A DNA stretch of 64,000 nt from Klebsiella pneumoniae. GTDB lineage: Bacteria > Verrucomicrobiota > Verrucomicrobiia > Limisphaerales > SXTU01. The position numbers and the translations under genes are program-made. Location: positions 5,469-69,468 of the forward strand of contig CALQJI020000015.1 in the NCBI GenBank assembly GCA_943330855.2, given 5' to 3'. The notes below the pieces were generated by a model that saw only the letters and a list, made by a program, of their open reading frames with translations, did no database searches and had not been told where the DNA came from. Every line of letters starts with the position of its first letter. The stretch's first letter is position 1. This document shows positions 18,300-30,868 of the stretch, in pieces.

Positions 18300-20710
18300 G
18301 CGGAGAATGGGGCCAGCCGGAGCGCCAACTTTGGCTATGCTTCCTCGCCGTCATTTCCACCTCACTCCCCGCCCAAAGCTTCCGCGATCCGGCTGACCAG
18401 CCGTTTCGCCGTGCGCCCATGTCCGTGGCGGCGCGCAGCGTGGTCATACCGCTCGCGACGAATATCCACCTCGCCTTCGACACCGAGACGCTCCGCACGC
18501 ACACGGCTTGGCGCGGGCCGGCGCTGAACTTGCACGGCGCGCCCTACGACGGCGCGGCGGGACGCTTCCTCGCGGACTTCGCCGGCGAGTTCATCTTCAC
18601 CAACCCGCCGCTCTTTCCGTGGGCCGGCGGGAAGCCCGCGCGCAACATCCTCACCGACTTCCCGTCGAAGCCGCGCTTCCTCGGCGTCAGCACGCGCGGC
18701 GGCGTCACGACGCTGATGTATGAGCTGCCGCTCGACGCCGAGGAGGTCGTGCGCGTGCATGAGTCGCCGTCGGTGCAGTGGGTGGACGGCGTGCCGGTGG
18801 TGGTCAGACGTTTCGAGCTCTCGGCGAGCTACATGGACCTTGAATTCACCGCGCACATGGAGCCCGGGCGCATGACGGCCATCGGCCAGAACTCCGCTGC
18901 GATGGGCATCCTGCGCGAGAAGGATTTTCTCCTCACCGCGTTCCGGGGCCGTCCGCTGCTGGGCTGGAAACCCGCGACAGCGCAGGCGGATTACGTCATC
19001 GAGCTGCACCGCGAGAAGAACGGCGAGAGCGAAGTCATCCCGCGGCACGTCACCGGCGACGAGACGCACGCGGTCGTTCACATCCCGTCGCATCGCGGGG
19101 AAATCTCGTTTGAAGTCCTGTCCGTCGTGTGCGCGGACAAGGCGGAGGCGGAGCGGTTGTTGCCGAAGCTCATCCCCGCGCGCGTCGCTCCGCCCGAGCT
19201 GATGCGCGTCTCGGAGCCGCCCGCCGCCGCCCCGACGAACCGGCTCGTGCTCTTCGCCGGGTCCACAAACGCGCCTTCGCCTGTTGTCACCAACGCCGGC
19301 TTCCGCATCGAGTCGCTGCCGCTTCCCCGTAGCCGCCGAGGTCAGGAGGCGGAGGGCAACGAACGCCAAAGGAATCCGCCTCCTCACCTCGGCGGCTACG
19401 GCGACTCCGTCACCGGCCTCGACTTCCTGCCCAGCGGCGACCTCGTGCTCTGCACCGCGCTGGGCGAGGTCTTCATCGTGTCGCAACTAGCGAGCCCGAC
19501 GAACGCGCCGGTGTGGCGGCGCTTTGCGCGCGGCCTGATGGAGCCGGGCGGGCTGCGGGTCTTCAGCGGCGAAATCTTCACCGCGCAGAAGTGCGAGCTG
19601 ACGCGCCTGCGCGACACGGACGGCGACGGCGAGGCGGACCTCTTCGAGTGCGTGAGCCAGGCGTGGGGCTTCAATGGCAACGGGCGACAGTTCGCCGTCG
19701 GCCCGGTCGCGGACAAGGAAGGCAAGTTTCACGTCCTCCTCGACGGGCGCGGCAGCCGGTGGGAAGTGCCGTTCCGTGGTTGGGACGCGCGGTTCAGCCG
19801 GGCGGGAAAGGACTTCGAGGGCTGGGCCAGCGGCTTCCGGTCGCCCGGCGGCAGCGGGACCTTCGGCGGTGAGGTTTTTGTGACTGACAACGCGGGGCCG
19901 TGGGTGCCTGCGGCCAAGTTGATTCACGTGCAGGAATCCAAGTTCCAAGGCCACCCTTCCACGCAGCCCGCGCCGCAGGACCAGTTCAAGGAGCCGAAGG
20001 AATTCGCGCCACCCGCCGTGTGGTTTCCGGCGCGGCTGGCGAAGCAAGTGGCGGGCTTCGCGACGGTGCCCGAGAGCTGGAGCGCGTTCGCCGGGCAAGT
20101 GCTCGTGGCCGATGGTGAAGGTCGCTTGTTGCGCGTGCAGTTGGAACAGGTGAACGGCGAGTGGCAGGGCGCGGTGTGGCCCTTCCTGGAAGTAGCCGCC
20201 GAGGTGAGGAGGCTGACGGCAGCGACTCCACCAAGCGCTCCCATTCCGCCCGCTCACCTCGGCGGCTACACCCGCCTCGCGTTTGCGACGGACGGCGAAC
20301 TCTTCGTGGGCGGAGCTGCTGGCCCGAGTCGCATTCGGCCCATCGGTCCCATCGCATTCGAGGTGAAGTCGGTGACGGCATTGGCGGACGGCTTCGAGCT
20401 GACCTTCACGCAGCCGGTGGACGCAGCGAGCGCGGCGAAGGCGGCGAGTTACGAAGTCGCGCAGTTCAACTACCGCCACGAAGTCGGCCCCGGCGCGGAA
20501 CACGACTTCGACGGGCCGGTGAACAAGGCATCGGCGCTGAAGGTATCCGCCGTGAGCATTGCCGCCGATGGCCTGAGCGCGCGGCTCAAGGTGCCCGGCC
20601 TGCGCGCGGGCTTCGTCACGAGCGTCAGCGCCGCTGGCGTGCGCAGCGCGACCGCGCAACCGCTGCGCCACGGCACGTTCTTCTACACGCTAAACCAGTT
20701 GCCGAAGTGA
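18296..20710 (+). CDS. PVC-type exported beta-propeller protein (sorbosone-dehydrogenase-like region) with two in-frame REP insertions
   Basis: GTG start overlapping the upstream stop; hydrophobic N-terminus; ELTRLRDTDGDGEAD, ASGFRSP and TDNAG.WVP motifs. Confidence 0.7.
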   Translation: MSGEWGQPERQLWLCFLAVISTSLPAQSFRDPADQPFRRAPMSVAARSVVIPLATNIHLAFDTETLRTHTAWRGPALNLHGAPYDGAAGRFLADFAGEFIFTNPPLFPWAGGKPARNILTDFPSKPRFLGVSTRGGVTTLMYELPLDAEEVVRVHESPSVQWVDGVPVVVRRFELSASYMDLEFTAHMEPGRMTAIGQNSAAMGILREKDFLLTAFRGRPLLGWKPATAQADYVIELHREKNGESEVIPRHVTGDETHAVVHIPSHRGEISFEVLSVVCADKAEAERLLPKLIPARVAPPELMRVSEPPAAAPTNRLVLFAGSTNAPSPVVTNAGFRIESLPLPRSRRGQEAEGNERQRNPPPHLGGYGDSVTGLDFLPSGDLVLCTALGEVFIVSQLASPTNAPVWRRFARGLMEPGGLRVFSGEIFTAQKCELTRLRDTDGDGEADLFECVSQAWGFNGNGRQFAVGPVADKEGKFHVLLDGRGSRWEVPFRGWDARFSRAGKDFEGWASGFRSPGGSGTFGGEVFVTDNAGPWVPAAKLIHVQESKFQGHPSTQPAPQDQFKEPKEFAPPAVWFPARLAKQVAGFATVPESWSAFAGQVLVADGEGRLLRVQLEQVNGEWQGAVWPFLEVAAEVRRLTAATPPSAPIPPAHLGGYTRLAFATDGELFVGGAAGPSRIRPIGPIAFEVKSVTALADGFELTFTQPVDAASAAKAASYEVAQFNYRHEVGPGAEHDFDGPVNKASALKVSAVSIAADGLSARLKVPGLRAGFVTSVSAAGVRSATAQPLRHGTFFYTLNQLPK
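19329..19399. repeat. GTAG REP doublet (REPIN-like), in frame within a CDS
   Basis: gtagccgccgaggtcaggaggcgg ... ccgcctcctcacctcggcggctac, read as RSRRGQEA...PPPHLGGY. Confidence 0.92.
20192..20269. repeat. GTAG REP doublet (REPIN-like), in frame within a CDS
   Basis: 78 bp: gtagccgccgaggtgaggagg ... ccgcccgctcacctcggcggctac, read as VAAEVRRL...PPAHLGGY. Confidence 0.92.
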
Positions 20711-20730
20711 GTTTCGACCGGCGGAACTCG

Positions 20731-20866
20731 AACCACAGAGACACAGAGGACACAGAGGGGAGCGGCATGCTGGGTGCAAACGCACACAGACCGAACATCC
20801 ACGGGCTCCGGATTTCCTTCGGCCTTCAGAGGCGTCTCTCTCTGTGTCCTCTGTGTCTCTGTGGTT
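20731..20866. repeat. Miniature inverted-repeat element with perfect 27-bp arms built from CACAGAG units
   Basis: aaccacagagacacagaggacacagag (20731-20757) is the exact reverse complement of 20840-20866. Confidence 0.92.
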
Positions 20867-20928
20867 ATCTGCCCAAGGCCCGCACTTGCCCGTTGTCACC
20901 GGCGGCGGCTTCGCTACCCTTCCGCGAC

Positions 20929-22104
20929 ATGAAGCCACTGAGTTTGATTCTGCTCGGCACCACGCTGGCCGCCGCCCCGGTCCACGCTGATTTCAAGTCC
21001 GACATTGCCGCCATCCGCCAAGTCGGCGCGGAGGGGAAGGGCAACCCGCCCGCTGCCGCTGCGTGGAAGAGCCTCGCGAAGGCCGATGCCAAGTCGCTCG
21101 TCCCGCTGCTCACCGCGATGGACGATGCCAATGACCTCGCCGCGAATTACCTCCGCTCCGCCGTGGACGCCATCGCCGACCGCGAGCTGGCGGCGGGTCG
21201 CAAGTTGCCGCAGTCGGACTTGGAGAAGTTCCTCGCGGAGAAGCAGCACAATCCCCGCGCGCGGCGGCTGGCTTACGAGCTGATTGCCCGCGTGTCGCCG
21301 GCCACGGGCGAGAAGCTGCTGCCCACGTTCGCCAACGACCCGAGCGTCGAGCTGCGACGCGACGCGGTGCAGCAGTTGATTGACGCGGCGGACAAGGCGC
21401 TCGCGGCGCAGGACAAGGCGGCTGCCACGAAGGAGTTTTCCCACGCGCTGACCTACGCGCGCGACGAGGCGCAAATCAAGAAGGTCGCGGGCGAGCTGCG
21501 GAAGCTCGGGCAGGCGGTGGACCTGCCGAAGCACTTCGGCTTCCTCACGCACTGGAAGCTCCTCGGCGCGTTCGACAACACGAAGCTCGTAGGTTTCGAC
21601 ACCGCCTACGCGCCGGAGAAGGCGGTGGACCTGGCGGCGACTTATGACGGGAAACTCGACCAAGCGCGCTGGGTGGATGTGGCGACGCCGCACGACTACG
21701 GGATGGTGGATTTTAACAAGTCGTTCGGCGACCTCAAGGGCGTGACGGGCTACGCGTTCACGGAGTTTAACGCGGCGGCGGCGGGTCCGGCGGAGCTCCG
21801 GTTGGGCTGCAAAAATGGATGGAAGGTGTGGTTTAACGGCACGCTGCTCTTCGGGCGCGACGAGTATCATCGCGGCTCGCGCATCGACCAGTATCGGCTG
21901 CCGGTCACGCTGAAGGCGGGCAAGAACACCATCCTCGTGAAGGCCTGCCAGAACGAGGAGGTGAAGGACTGGACGAAGGAATGGGAGTTCCAGCTCCGCG
22001 TGTGCGATGCGAGCGGGACGGCGATTTTAGCGAAGGATAGGCCGGCGACGCCGAAGGGCGGAGTGGACAACACCAAGGCAGACACGAAGAAAGGAACAAA
22101 ATAA
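20929..22104 (+). CDS. Hypothetical secreted protein (helical HEAT-like N-half, beta-sandwich C-half)
   Basis: Signal peptide ending VHA; DPSVELRRDAV; KVWFNG and LKAGKNTILVK. Confidence 0.7.
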   Translation: MKPLSLILLGTTLAAAPVHADFKSDIAAIRQVGAEGKGNPPAAAAWKSLAKADAKSLVPLLTAMDDANDLAANYLRSAVDAIADRELAAGRKLPQSDLEKFLAEKQHNPRARRLAYELIARVSPATGEKLLPTFANDPSVELRRDAVQQLIDAADKALAAQDKAAATKEFSHALTYARDEAQIKKVAGELRKLGQAVDLPKHFGFLTHWKLLGAFDNTKLVGFDTAYAPEKAVDLAATYDGKLDQARWVDVATPHDYGMVDFNKSFGDLKGVTGYAFTEFNAAAAGPAELRLGCKNGWKVWFNGTLLFGRDEYHRGSRIDQYRLPVTLKAGKNTILVKACQNEEVKDWTKEWEFQLRVCDASGTAILAKDRPATPKGGVDNTKADTKKGTK

Positions 22105-23309
22105 TGAAAGCCGTTATCGTCGCATCACTCGTCGGCGCTTTGTGCGCCCAGCTTCATGCCGCCGACTGGCTCCAGTTCCGTGGCCCGGGCGGCACCGGTA
22201 TTGCCACCGACGCCAAGCTCACCACGCAGCTCGACGAGAAGAGCGTCGCTTGGAAAATCAGCTTGCCGGGGCGCGGTCTCTCCAGCCCGGTCATCGTCGG
22301 CGACAAGGTGTTTCTCACCGCGTCGAGCGGCACGGAGCAGGACCGGCTGCACGTCCTCTGTTTCAGCGCGAAGAGCGGCGCGAAGCTGTGGGAGCGCCAG
22401 TTCTGGGCCACGGGCCGCACGATGACTTTCCCCAAGACCTGCGTCGCCGCCAACTCGCCGTGCAGCGACGGCCAGCGGCTCTTCTGCCTCTTCTCTTCGA
22501 ACGACCTACTCTGCCTCGACCTCGACGGCAACGTGCTCTGGCTGCGCGGGCTGACGCGCGATTATCCGAACGCGAGCAACAGCCTCGGCATGGCGGCCTC
22601 GCCCATCGTGGTGGGCGACACGCTCGTGGTGCCGGTGGAGAATGACAGCGAGTCGTTCGCGGTGGGCATTGATGTGGCGACCGGAGCGAACCGCTGGAAG
22701 AACAACCGCCCCAAGGTTGCGTGCTGGGCGACGCCCGTGGTCGTGCCCGACGCGAAGTCCGGCCAGCCGCTCGTCGTGTTGCAATCCGGCCCCGGCCTGA
22801 GCGTCGTAAACGCGCGCACGGGCCAAGAGGCGTGGTATTTCACCGACGGCGCTTCGACGATGTCGTCGAGCGTGCTGGTGGGCGGCGTCTTGTATGTGCC
22901 CTCGAAAGGCATGACGGCGATGAAGCCCGGCGCGGCGGGCGCGCACCCGGAAGTGCTCTGGCAGAACGCCCAACTCGCACCGTCCACCGCCAGTCCGGTC
23001 GTGCTGGGGGACAAGGTGTTCACGTTGAACGCCGCTGGCATTCTCAGCGCGGCGGCCCTCAAGGACGGCAAGCGCCTCTGGCAGCTCCGCACCACGGGGC
23101 CTTACAGCGCCACGCCGGTGGGGGTCGGCAAGTTCCTCTACCTCGCGAACGAGAAGGGCCTCGTGCAAGTCGTGGACACCGCCGCTCCCGAAGGCGCGGT
23201 GGTCAGCTCGCTCGACTTGAAGGACACCTTCATCGGCACGCCCAGCATCGGGGCGGGCGCGCTCTTTATTCGTAGTGACAAGGCGCTGGTGAAGCTGGGT
23301 GGCTCCTGA
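22104..23309 (+). CDS. PQQ-like (BamB-like) beta-propeller repeat protein
   Basis: Signal peptide, DWLQFRGP, and repeated SSP/ASP plus G..LW blades. Confidence 0.88.
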   Translation: MKAVIVASLVGALCAQLHAADWLQFRGPGGTGIATDAKLTTQLDEKSVAWKISLPGRGLSSPVIVGDKVFLTASSGTEQDRLHVLCFSAKSGAKLWERQFWATGRTMTFPKTCVAANSPCSDGQRLFCLFSSNDLLCLDLDGNVLWLRGLTRDYPNASNSLGMAASPIVVGDTLVVPVENDSESFAVGIDVATGANRWKNNRPKVACWATPVVVPDAKSGQPLVVLQSGPGLSVVNARTGQEAWYFTDGASTMSSSVLVGGVLYVPSKGMTAMKPGAAGAHPEVLWQNAQLAPSTASPVVLGDKVFTLNAAGILSAAALKDGKRLWQLRTTGPYSATPVGVGKFLYLANEKGLVQVVDTAAPEGAVVSSLDLKDTFIGTPSIGAGALFIRSDKALVKLGGS

Positions 23310-23363
23310 GTCCTCGCGAAGTTGCCCCACCGCTCGTCCGTCAGATTCGCCAACAACTCAGTC

Positions 23364-24830
23364 ATGTCGCTCTCCCCGGACCAAGCATTCGCCGCCCACC
23401 TCACGCGCCGCCAACTCTTCGGTCGTGGCGCTACAGGGCTCGGGGTTGCCGCCTTGGCCTCCCTGCTCAAACAAGATTCCAACGCCGCCCCTGCGGCTGG
23501 GAATGCCTCCGGTCTCCCCGGTCTTCCGCACTTCGCCGCCAAGGCCAAGCGCGTCATCTACCTCTTCCAGAACGGTGCGCCGACGCACGTGGACTTGTGG
23601 GACTACAAGCCCAAGCTCCAAGAACTCCACGGCCAGCCCGTCCCGGAGAGCTACGTCGCGGGCAAGCGCTTCAGCACGATGACTGGCGCGCCCAGCGGCA
23701 AGCTCATGCTCCAGCCCGTCGAGCCGTTCGCGCAGCACGGGCAGAGCGGCGCGTGGGTGAGCCGCTTCATGCCTTACACGGCGGCCATTGCAGACAAGTT
23801 GTGCTTCATCAAGTCCATGCACACCGAAGCCGTGAACCACGCGCCCGGCATCACCTTCCTCCTCACCGGTTCCGAGATGCCCGGACGCCCCAGCCTCGGC
23901 GCGTGGATGAGTTACGGCCTCGGCCTCGAGACGCAGGAGTTGCCCGGCTACGTCGTGATGACCTCCATCAGCAAGGACACGAGTTGCGGCCAGATTTTCT
24001 ACGACTTCTACTGGAGCAGCGGATTTCTCCCGACTCGCCACAGCGGCGTGAAGTTCCGTGGCAGCGGCGAGCCGGTGCTTTACCTGAGTAACCCCGACGG
24101 CATGTCCGCCCAAGTCCGGCGCGGACTCCTCGACGACCTTGCGCAGCTCAACGAACTGAAACTCCGCGAGTTCGGTGACCCGGAAATCGCCACGCGCATC
24201 GCGCAATACGAGATGGCCTACCGGATGCAGACCAGCGTTCCCGAACTCACCGACCTCTCGAAGGAAACGGACGCCACCCTCGCCCTCTACGGTCCGAACG
24301 CGAAGCAGCAGGGCACCTTTGCCTACAACTGCCTCATGGCCCGCCGCCTCATCGAGCGCGGGGTCCGCTGCGTGCAGGTCATGCACGCCGGCTGGGACCA
24401 GCACAACTCCCTCACCACCGAGCTTTACAGCCAGTGCCGCGACACTGACCAACCCAGCGCCGGCCTTGTCCTCGACCTCGCGCAGCGCGGCCTGCTGGAG
24501 GACACGCTGGTCATTTGGGGCGGCGAGTTCGGGCGCACGCCCTTCATCCAAGGCGACATCAAGGAACGCAAGCGCTGGGGCCGCGACCATCATCCCTACG
24601 CGTTCACGATTTGGATGGCGGGCGGCGGCGTGAAGCCCGGCATCACCTACGGCGAGTCCGACGACCTCGCGATGAACGTCGCGAAAGACCCCGTCCACGT
24701 GCACGACCTCCAAGCCACGCTGTTGCACCAACTGGGCATCGACCACGAGCGCCTGACCTTCAAATTCCAAGGCCGCAACTTCCGCCTCACCGACGTGCAT
24801 GGGCAGGTGGTGAAGGGGATTTTAGCGTAA
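23364..24830 (+). CDS. DUF1501 domain protein (Tat-like N-terminus)
   Basis: LTRRQLF, KAKRVIYLFQNGAP, WDQH, GEFGRTP, GRDHHP and RLTDVHG motifs. Confidence 0.92.
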   Translation: MSLSPDQAFAAHLTRRQLFGRGATGLGVAALASLLKQDSNAAPAAGNASGLPGLPHFAAKAKRVIYLFQNGAPTHVDLWDYKPKLQELHGQPVPESYVAGKRFSTMTGAPSGKLMLQPVEPFAQHGQSGAWVSRFMPYTAAIADKLCFIKSMHTEAVNHAPGITFLLTGSEMPGRPSLGAWMSYGLGLETQELPGYVVMTSISKDTSCGQIFYDFYWSSGFLPTRHSGVKFRGSGEPVLYLSNPDGMSAQVRRGLLDDLAQLNELKLREFGDPEIATRIAQYEMAYRMQTSVPELTDLSKETDATLALYGPNAKQQGTFAYNCLMARRLIERGVRCVQVMHAGWDQHNSLTTELYSQCRDTDQPSAGLVLDLAQRGLLEDTLVIWGGEFGRTPFIQGDIKERKRWGRDHHPYAFTIWMAGGGVKPGITYGESDDLAMNVAKDPVHVHDLQATLLHQLGIDHERLTFKFQGRNFRLTDVHGQVVKGILA

Positions 24831-24912
24831 GGGGAGGGGCCTACGCTTGGAGCAGGGTCCTCATCCACCCCTCGATGGTTACGAAAGCCGGGCCGGTCGC
24901 CTGCCGGCCCGG

Positions 24913-26103
24913 TTACAGCACGCGCTGGGCGGCGAGCTGGGCTTTGAGCAGGTAGCTCAAGGACTTCACACTGAGTTCTACGAAGGCGAAGGGTTTCGCG
25001 ATGAGGTCGTTTGCGCCGCTGAGGGTCGAGCGAGCGCGGCTTTGGAAGTCGCTCAGGCCGGTGACGAAGATGACGGGGGTGTCCTTGTAGCTGGGTAGGG
25101 CGCGCAGTTTCGTGCACAGCTCGTAGCCGTTCATGTCGGGCATATCCACGTCCAGCACGATGAGGTCGAAGTGGGTCTCGCGGGCTTTCTCGAAGGCGGT
25201 GGACCCACTGTTGCAGGCGATGCCGCGCACCCCGGCCTTTTCGATGGAGAACAGCACGGCGCGCCGGGAGATTTCCTCGTCGTCCACGGCGAGCACGACG
25301 GGATCGAAGGCGGCGAGGCCTGGCAGGCTCGCGGCCTTCTCCAGCAGCGAGGAGATGAAGAAGAGGGTCTGCGTCGAAGTGCGCGTGGTGGAGGCGTTGA
25401 TGTTGGCGGGCTTGTCCTGCATTTCCTTGAGCAGTGCCTCGTAGGCGGCGGAGATGCGCGCGATGACGTCCGCGCCGACGAGGCCCGCGCCGCCGGTGAG
25501 GGCGTGGATGTGCCTGTAGAGTTCGCCGACGGCGGTGGTCTTGGCGGCCCGGTCCTCGGTTTTGAGGAAGGTCTGGTGGAGGTCGCGGATGGCTTGGCCG
25601 AACTTCGGGAGGCTGGCGAGGAATTGCCGACGGTGTTCGATTTGAAACGCATCTTCGTCGCGCGTGGCGGGAGCTGTCGTAGGCGACGGGGCGGCGGGCC
25701 GAGGGGCGGCGGCGGATGAAGGGGTTTTGGGTTCCAATTTCGCGAGCAGCTCGTGGAGCGTCTCGGTGAGCTTCTTGGGGCTGGTGTTGGATTTGGTCAG
25801 CACCGTGGTCGCGCCCGCCTTCCACGCGGAGTCGATGACGGTGGTCATGTAGGCGTTCGAGAAGACGATGATAGGCAGGTGCTGGAATTCGGGGGTCGCG
25901 CGGACGCGGGCGAGGATTTCCAGTCCGTTGAGCTTGGGCAGCATCAAGTCCAGCAGGACGATGTCGGGGCGGAAGGCGAGGATGCGCTCCAAGCCGGTCT
26001 GCCCGTCCTCGGCGACTTCGACGTTGAAGCCTTCAGCGGAAAACTTCTTCGAGTAGATGCTCCCGATGATGCGGTCGTCTTCGATGATGAGGAGCTTTCT
26101 CAT
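24913..26103 (-). CDS. Response regulator with REC-HPt-like-REC architecture
   Basis: N- and C-terminal receiver domains; central helical region LYRHIHALTGGAG. Confidence 0.85.
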   Translation of the reverse strand: MRKLLIIEDDRIIGSIYSKKFSAEGFNVEVAEDGQTGLERILAFRPDIVLLDLMLPKLNGLEILARVRATPEFQHLPIIVFSNAYMTTVIDSAWKAGATTVLTKSNTSPKKLTETLHELLAKLEPKTPSSAAAPRPAAPSPTTAPATRDEDAFQIEHRRQFLASLPKFGQAIRDLHQTFLKTEDRAAKTTAVGELYRHIHALTGGAGLVGADVIARISAAYEALLKEMQDKPANINASTTRTSTQTLFFISSLLEKAASLPGLAAFDPVVLAVDDEEISRRAVLFSIEKAGVRGIACNSGSTAFEKARETHFDLIVLDVDMPDMNGYELCTKLRALPSYKDTPVIFVTGLSDFQSRARSTLSGANDLIAKPFAFVELSVKSLSYLLKAQLAAQRVL

Positions 26104-26120
26104 GCGCGGGGTAGGGTTGT

Positions 26121-28601
<2,481 letters not shown>

Positions 28602-28771
28602 GTGAGGTGTGGAAAGGCTTTCAATACCGTGAGGCTAAAACACAGCGCGGTGGCTATTCCAGCGCATTTTTCCCCGCCCGAGCGAGCCGGCGCATCGCGA
28701 CACGCGCCGCCTGCGCTGCGGACCTGGAAACACGCTTGCTCGCCTCCGTCACGGTCAGTAGCGTGGCAATC

Positions 28772-29953
28772 ATGGAACCGAGTGAGAATCCGTTGACGCC
28801 TTCGTCCCAGCCAACGCCACCGCCGATCGCGCCTCCAGCGGCCACCCCGCCGCCCCCGCTTCCGGCTGCGCCCCAGCAGTTCTGCGTGCCGATGAAAGCT
28901 CAACCACCGTGTCGCAGCCGGGCGTGGATTTGGCTGCTGCTGTTGGGCGTGCTGGCGGCGGGCGGGGTGATGGTGATGAGTCTGGGCCTAGGCTTCGGGG
29001 GCGGGCATTCGCGCGCGGGAGGGCTCGCTGGGAAGTCTTATCAGGAGCAGGCGCTGACGCACAAGGACACCAGCGACAAGATCGTGGTGATAGATGTGCA
29101 GGGAATTATCACGAGCCATGACCTCGACGGGTCGGGCGATATGGTCGAGCGCGTGAAGGACCAGTTGGAGTTGGCGGAACACGATGAGCAGGTCAAGGCC
29201 GTCATCCTCAAGGTGGATTCACCCGGCGGTGAAGTGCTGGCGTCGGACGAGATTTACCGCGCCATCCAGGCGTTTCAGGACGGCTCCAGCAAACCGGTGG
29301 TGGCGCAGATGGGCAGCCTCGCGGCGTCGGGCGGCTACTACGTGAGCGCGCCTTGCCGTTGGATCGTGGCCAACGAGTTGACGCTCACCGGGAGTATCGG
29401 GGTGATCATGTCGGGGATGAACTTCCGCGGCTTGATGGACAAGGTCGGCATCCGCCCCGAGGTCTATAAGAGCGGGAAGTTCAAGGACATGATGAGCAGC
29501 ACGCGCCGGCCCGAGGACGTGCCCGCCGGTGAGCGTGAAATGATGCAGGCGCTGATTGACGAGACATATTCCACGTTCAAAGGCGTGGTGCGCAAGGGGC
29601 GCGCGGAGTCGCACGTCGCAAACAAGAAGGCCGGCGACGAGAAGGACAGCCGCGAGTTGGCGAGCGATTGGGAAACGTATGCGGACGGGCGGATCTTCTC
29701 CGGCAAAGAGGCGCATCGCTTGGGCTTCGTGGACGAGTTGGGCAACTTCGACGTGGCGGTGAAGCGCGCCAAGAAGCTCGCGGACATCAGCGAGGCGAAC
29801 CTCGTGAAGTATCAGCAACCCTTCGCGTTCGGGAATTTTTTCCGACTATTGGGTAAAGCCGAGGCGCCAGCAGTGAAGGTGGACCTGGGTTTCGACTTCC
29901 CGCGCTTGCAGGCGGGGCGGATGTATTTCCTATCGTTCAACGTCGTGCAGTGA
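28772..29953 (+). CDS. sppA: Signal peptide peptidase SppA (S49)
   Basis: Single TM segment; VDSPGG, AASGGYY, TGSIGV and DGRIFSG motifs. Confidence 0.9.
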   Translation: MEPSENPLTPSSQPTPPPIAPPAATPPPPLPAAPQQFCVPMKAQPPCRSRAWIWLLLLGVLAAGGVMVMSLGLGFGGGHSRAGGLAGKSYQEQALTHKDTSDKIVVIDVQGIITSHDLDGSGDMVERVKDQLELAEHDEQVKAVILKVDSPGGEVLASDEIYRAIQAFQDGSSKPVVAQMGSLAASGGYYVSAPCRWIVANELTLTGSIGVIMSGMNFRGLMDKVGIRPEVYKSGKFKDMMSSTRRPEDVPAGEREMMQALIDETYSTFKGVVRKGRAESHVANKKAGDEKDSRELASDWETYADGRIFSGKEAHRLGFVDELGNFDVAVKRAKKLADISEANLVKYQQPFAFGNFFRLLGKAEAPAVKVDLGFDFPRLQAGRMYFLSFNVVQ

Positions 29954-29962
29954 AGCCACCGA

Positions 29963-30044
29963 AGGAGCAGGATTAGGATCAAGATCAGGAGCAGGAGACG
30001 GTGACGGTTCTCCTGCTCGTAATCATAAGCCTGATCCTGCTCCT
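29963..30044. repeat. Inverted hexamer-repeat hairpin (GAGCAG/GATTAG type)
   Basis: aggagcaggattaggatcaagatcaggagcaggag ... ctcctgctcgtaatcataagcctgatcctgctcct. Confidence 0.75.
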
Positions 30045-30055
30045 CTCCCTCCCCC

Positions 30056-30679
30056 ATGAAAAACTTCACCGTCATCACCCACCCGCTCATCCAGCAAAAC
30101 CTCACGCGCCTCCGCGACCAGGCCACGCAACCGGAAGAGTTCCGCCGCGCGCTCGGCGAAGTCGCAGCGCTGATGGTGTATGAAGCCACGCGCACCTTCG
30201 CCACGCAGCCCGTGACCGTGCAGACGCCCTTGGAGAAAACTCGCGGCTACCGGCTCCGGCGCGAGGTCTTGCTGGTGCCCGTGTTGCGCGCGGGCTTGGG
30301 GATGCTGGACCCGATCCTGCGCCTACTTCCGCATGCGCGCGTCGGCTTCATCGGGCTGAAGCGCAACGAGCACACGCTCGAAGCGGCGACGTATCACAAG
30401 AGCTTGCCGGAAGACTTGAGCGGCTTTGAGATCATCCTCATGGACCCGATGCTCGCGACCGGCGGCAGCGCGGTGTCGGCACTGGACCTCATGGCAGAGC
30501 GCAAGGCGAAGCGCGTGCGGTTGGTGAACCTGCTGGCCGCGCCGGAGGGGATCAAGTTCGTCCACCAGCACCATCCCGAGGTGCCCATCTTCACCGCCGC
30601 GCTGGACCGCAAGCTGAACCACCAAGGCTACATCGTCCCCGGCCTCGGCGACGCGGGCGACCGGCTGTTTGGCGTGTGA
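30056..30679 (+). CDS. upp: Uracil phosphoribosyltransferase
   Basis: PVLRAGLGM, DPMLATGGSA and YIVPGLGDAGDRLFG motifs. Confidence 0.97.
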   Translation: MKNFTVITHPLIQQNLTRLRDQATQPEEFRRALGEVAALMVYEATRTFATQPVTVQTPLEKTRGYRLRREVLLVPVLRAGLGMLDPILRLLPHARVGFIGLKRNEHTLEAATYHKSLPEDLSGFEIILMDPMLATGGSAVSALDLMAERKAKRVRLVNLLAAPEGIKFVHQHHPEVPIFTAALDRKLNHQGYIVPGLGDAGDRLFGV

Positions 30680-30868
30680 GTGCGGCGGGCGCCGTTCGGC
30701 GTTGGAATTTTTCCGAATCGTCCGTTGCCTTCCGCGCAAAACCGCCTATAAATCCGCCGCCTGAATTCCAGTGGGCGGCGCGCGCGACTCCGGCTGAACT
30801 GAACGCGCCTTCGGCAACGGCTGTCAAAGCCACCAACAATCTCGGGCAACTGAACAACTGAACAAGTC

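Noticed and set aside
20161-20928. N-terminal extension of the 647-aa ORF, and similar extensions at 15819, 34682 and 43781
   Set aside because: The extensions run through other genes or repeat elements; signal peptides or family N-termini begin at the downstream ATGs used here.
23358-24800. Long antisense ORFs (this one, 853-1947, 57595-58989 and others)
   Set aside because: They shadow well-supported genes on the opposite strand, as expected from high-GC codon bias, and carry no recognisable motifs.
30001-30183. Small ORF with a hydrophobic N-terminus upstream of upp
   Set aside because: The hydrophobic run is the translation of the hexamer repeat arm, and the ORF overlaps upp out of frame.
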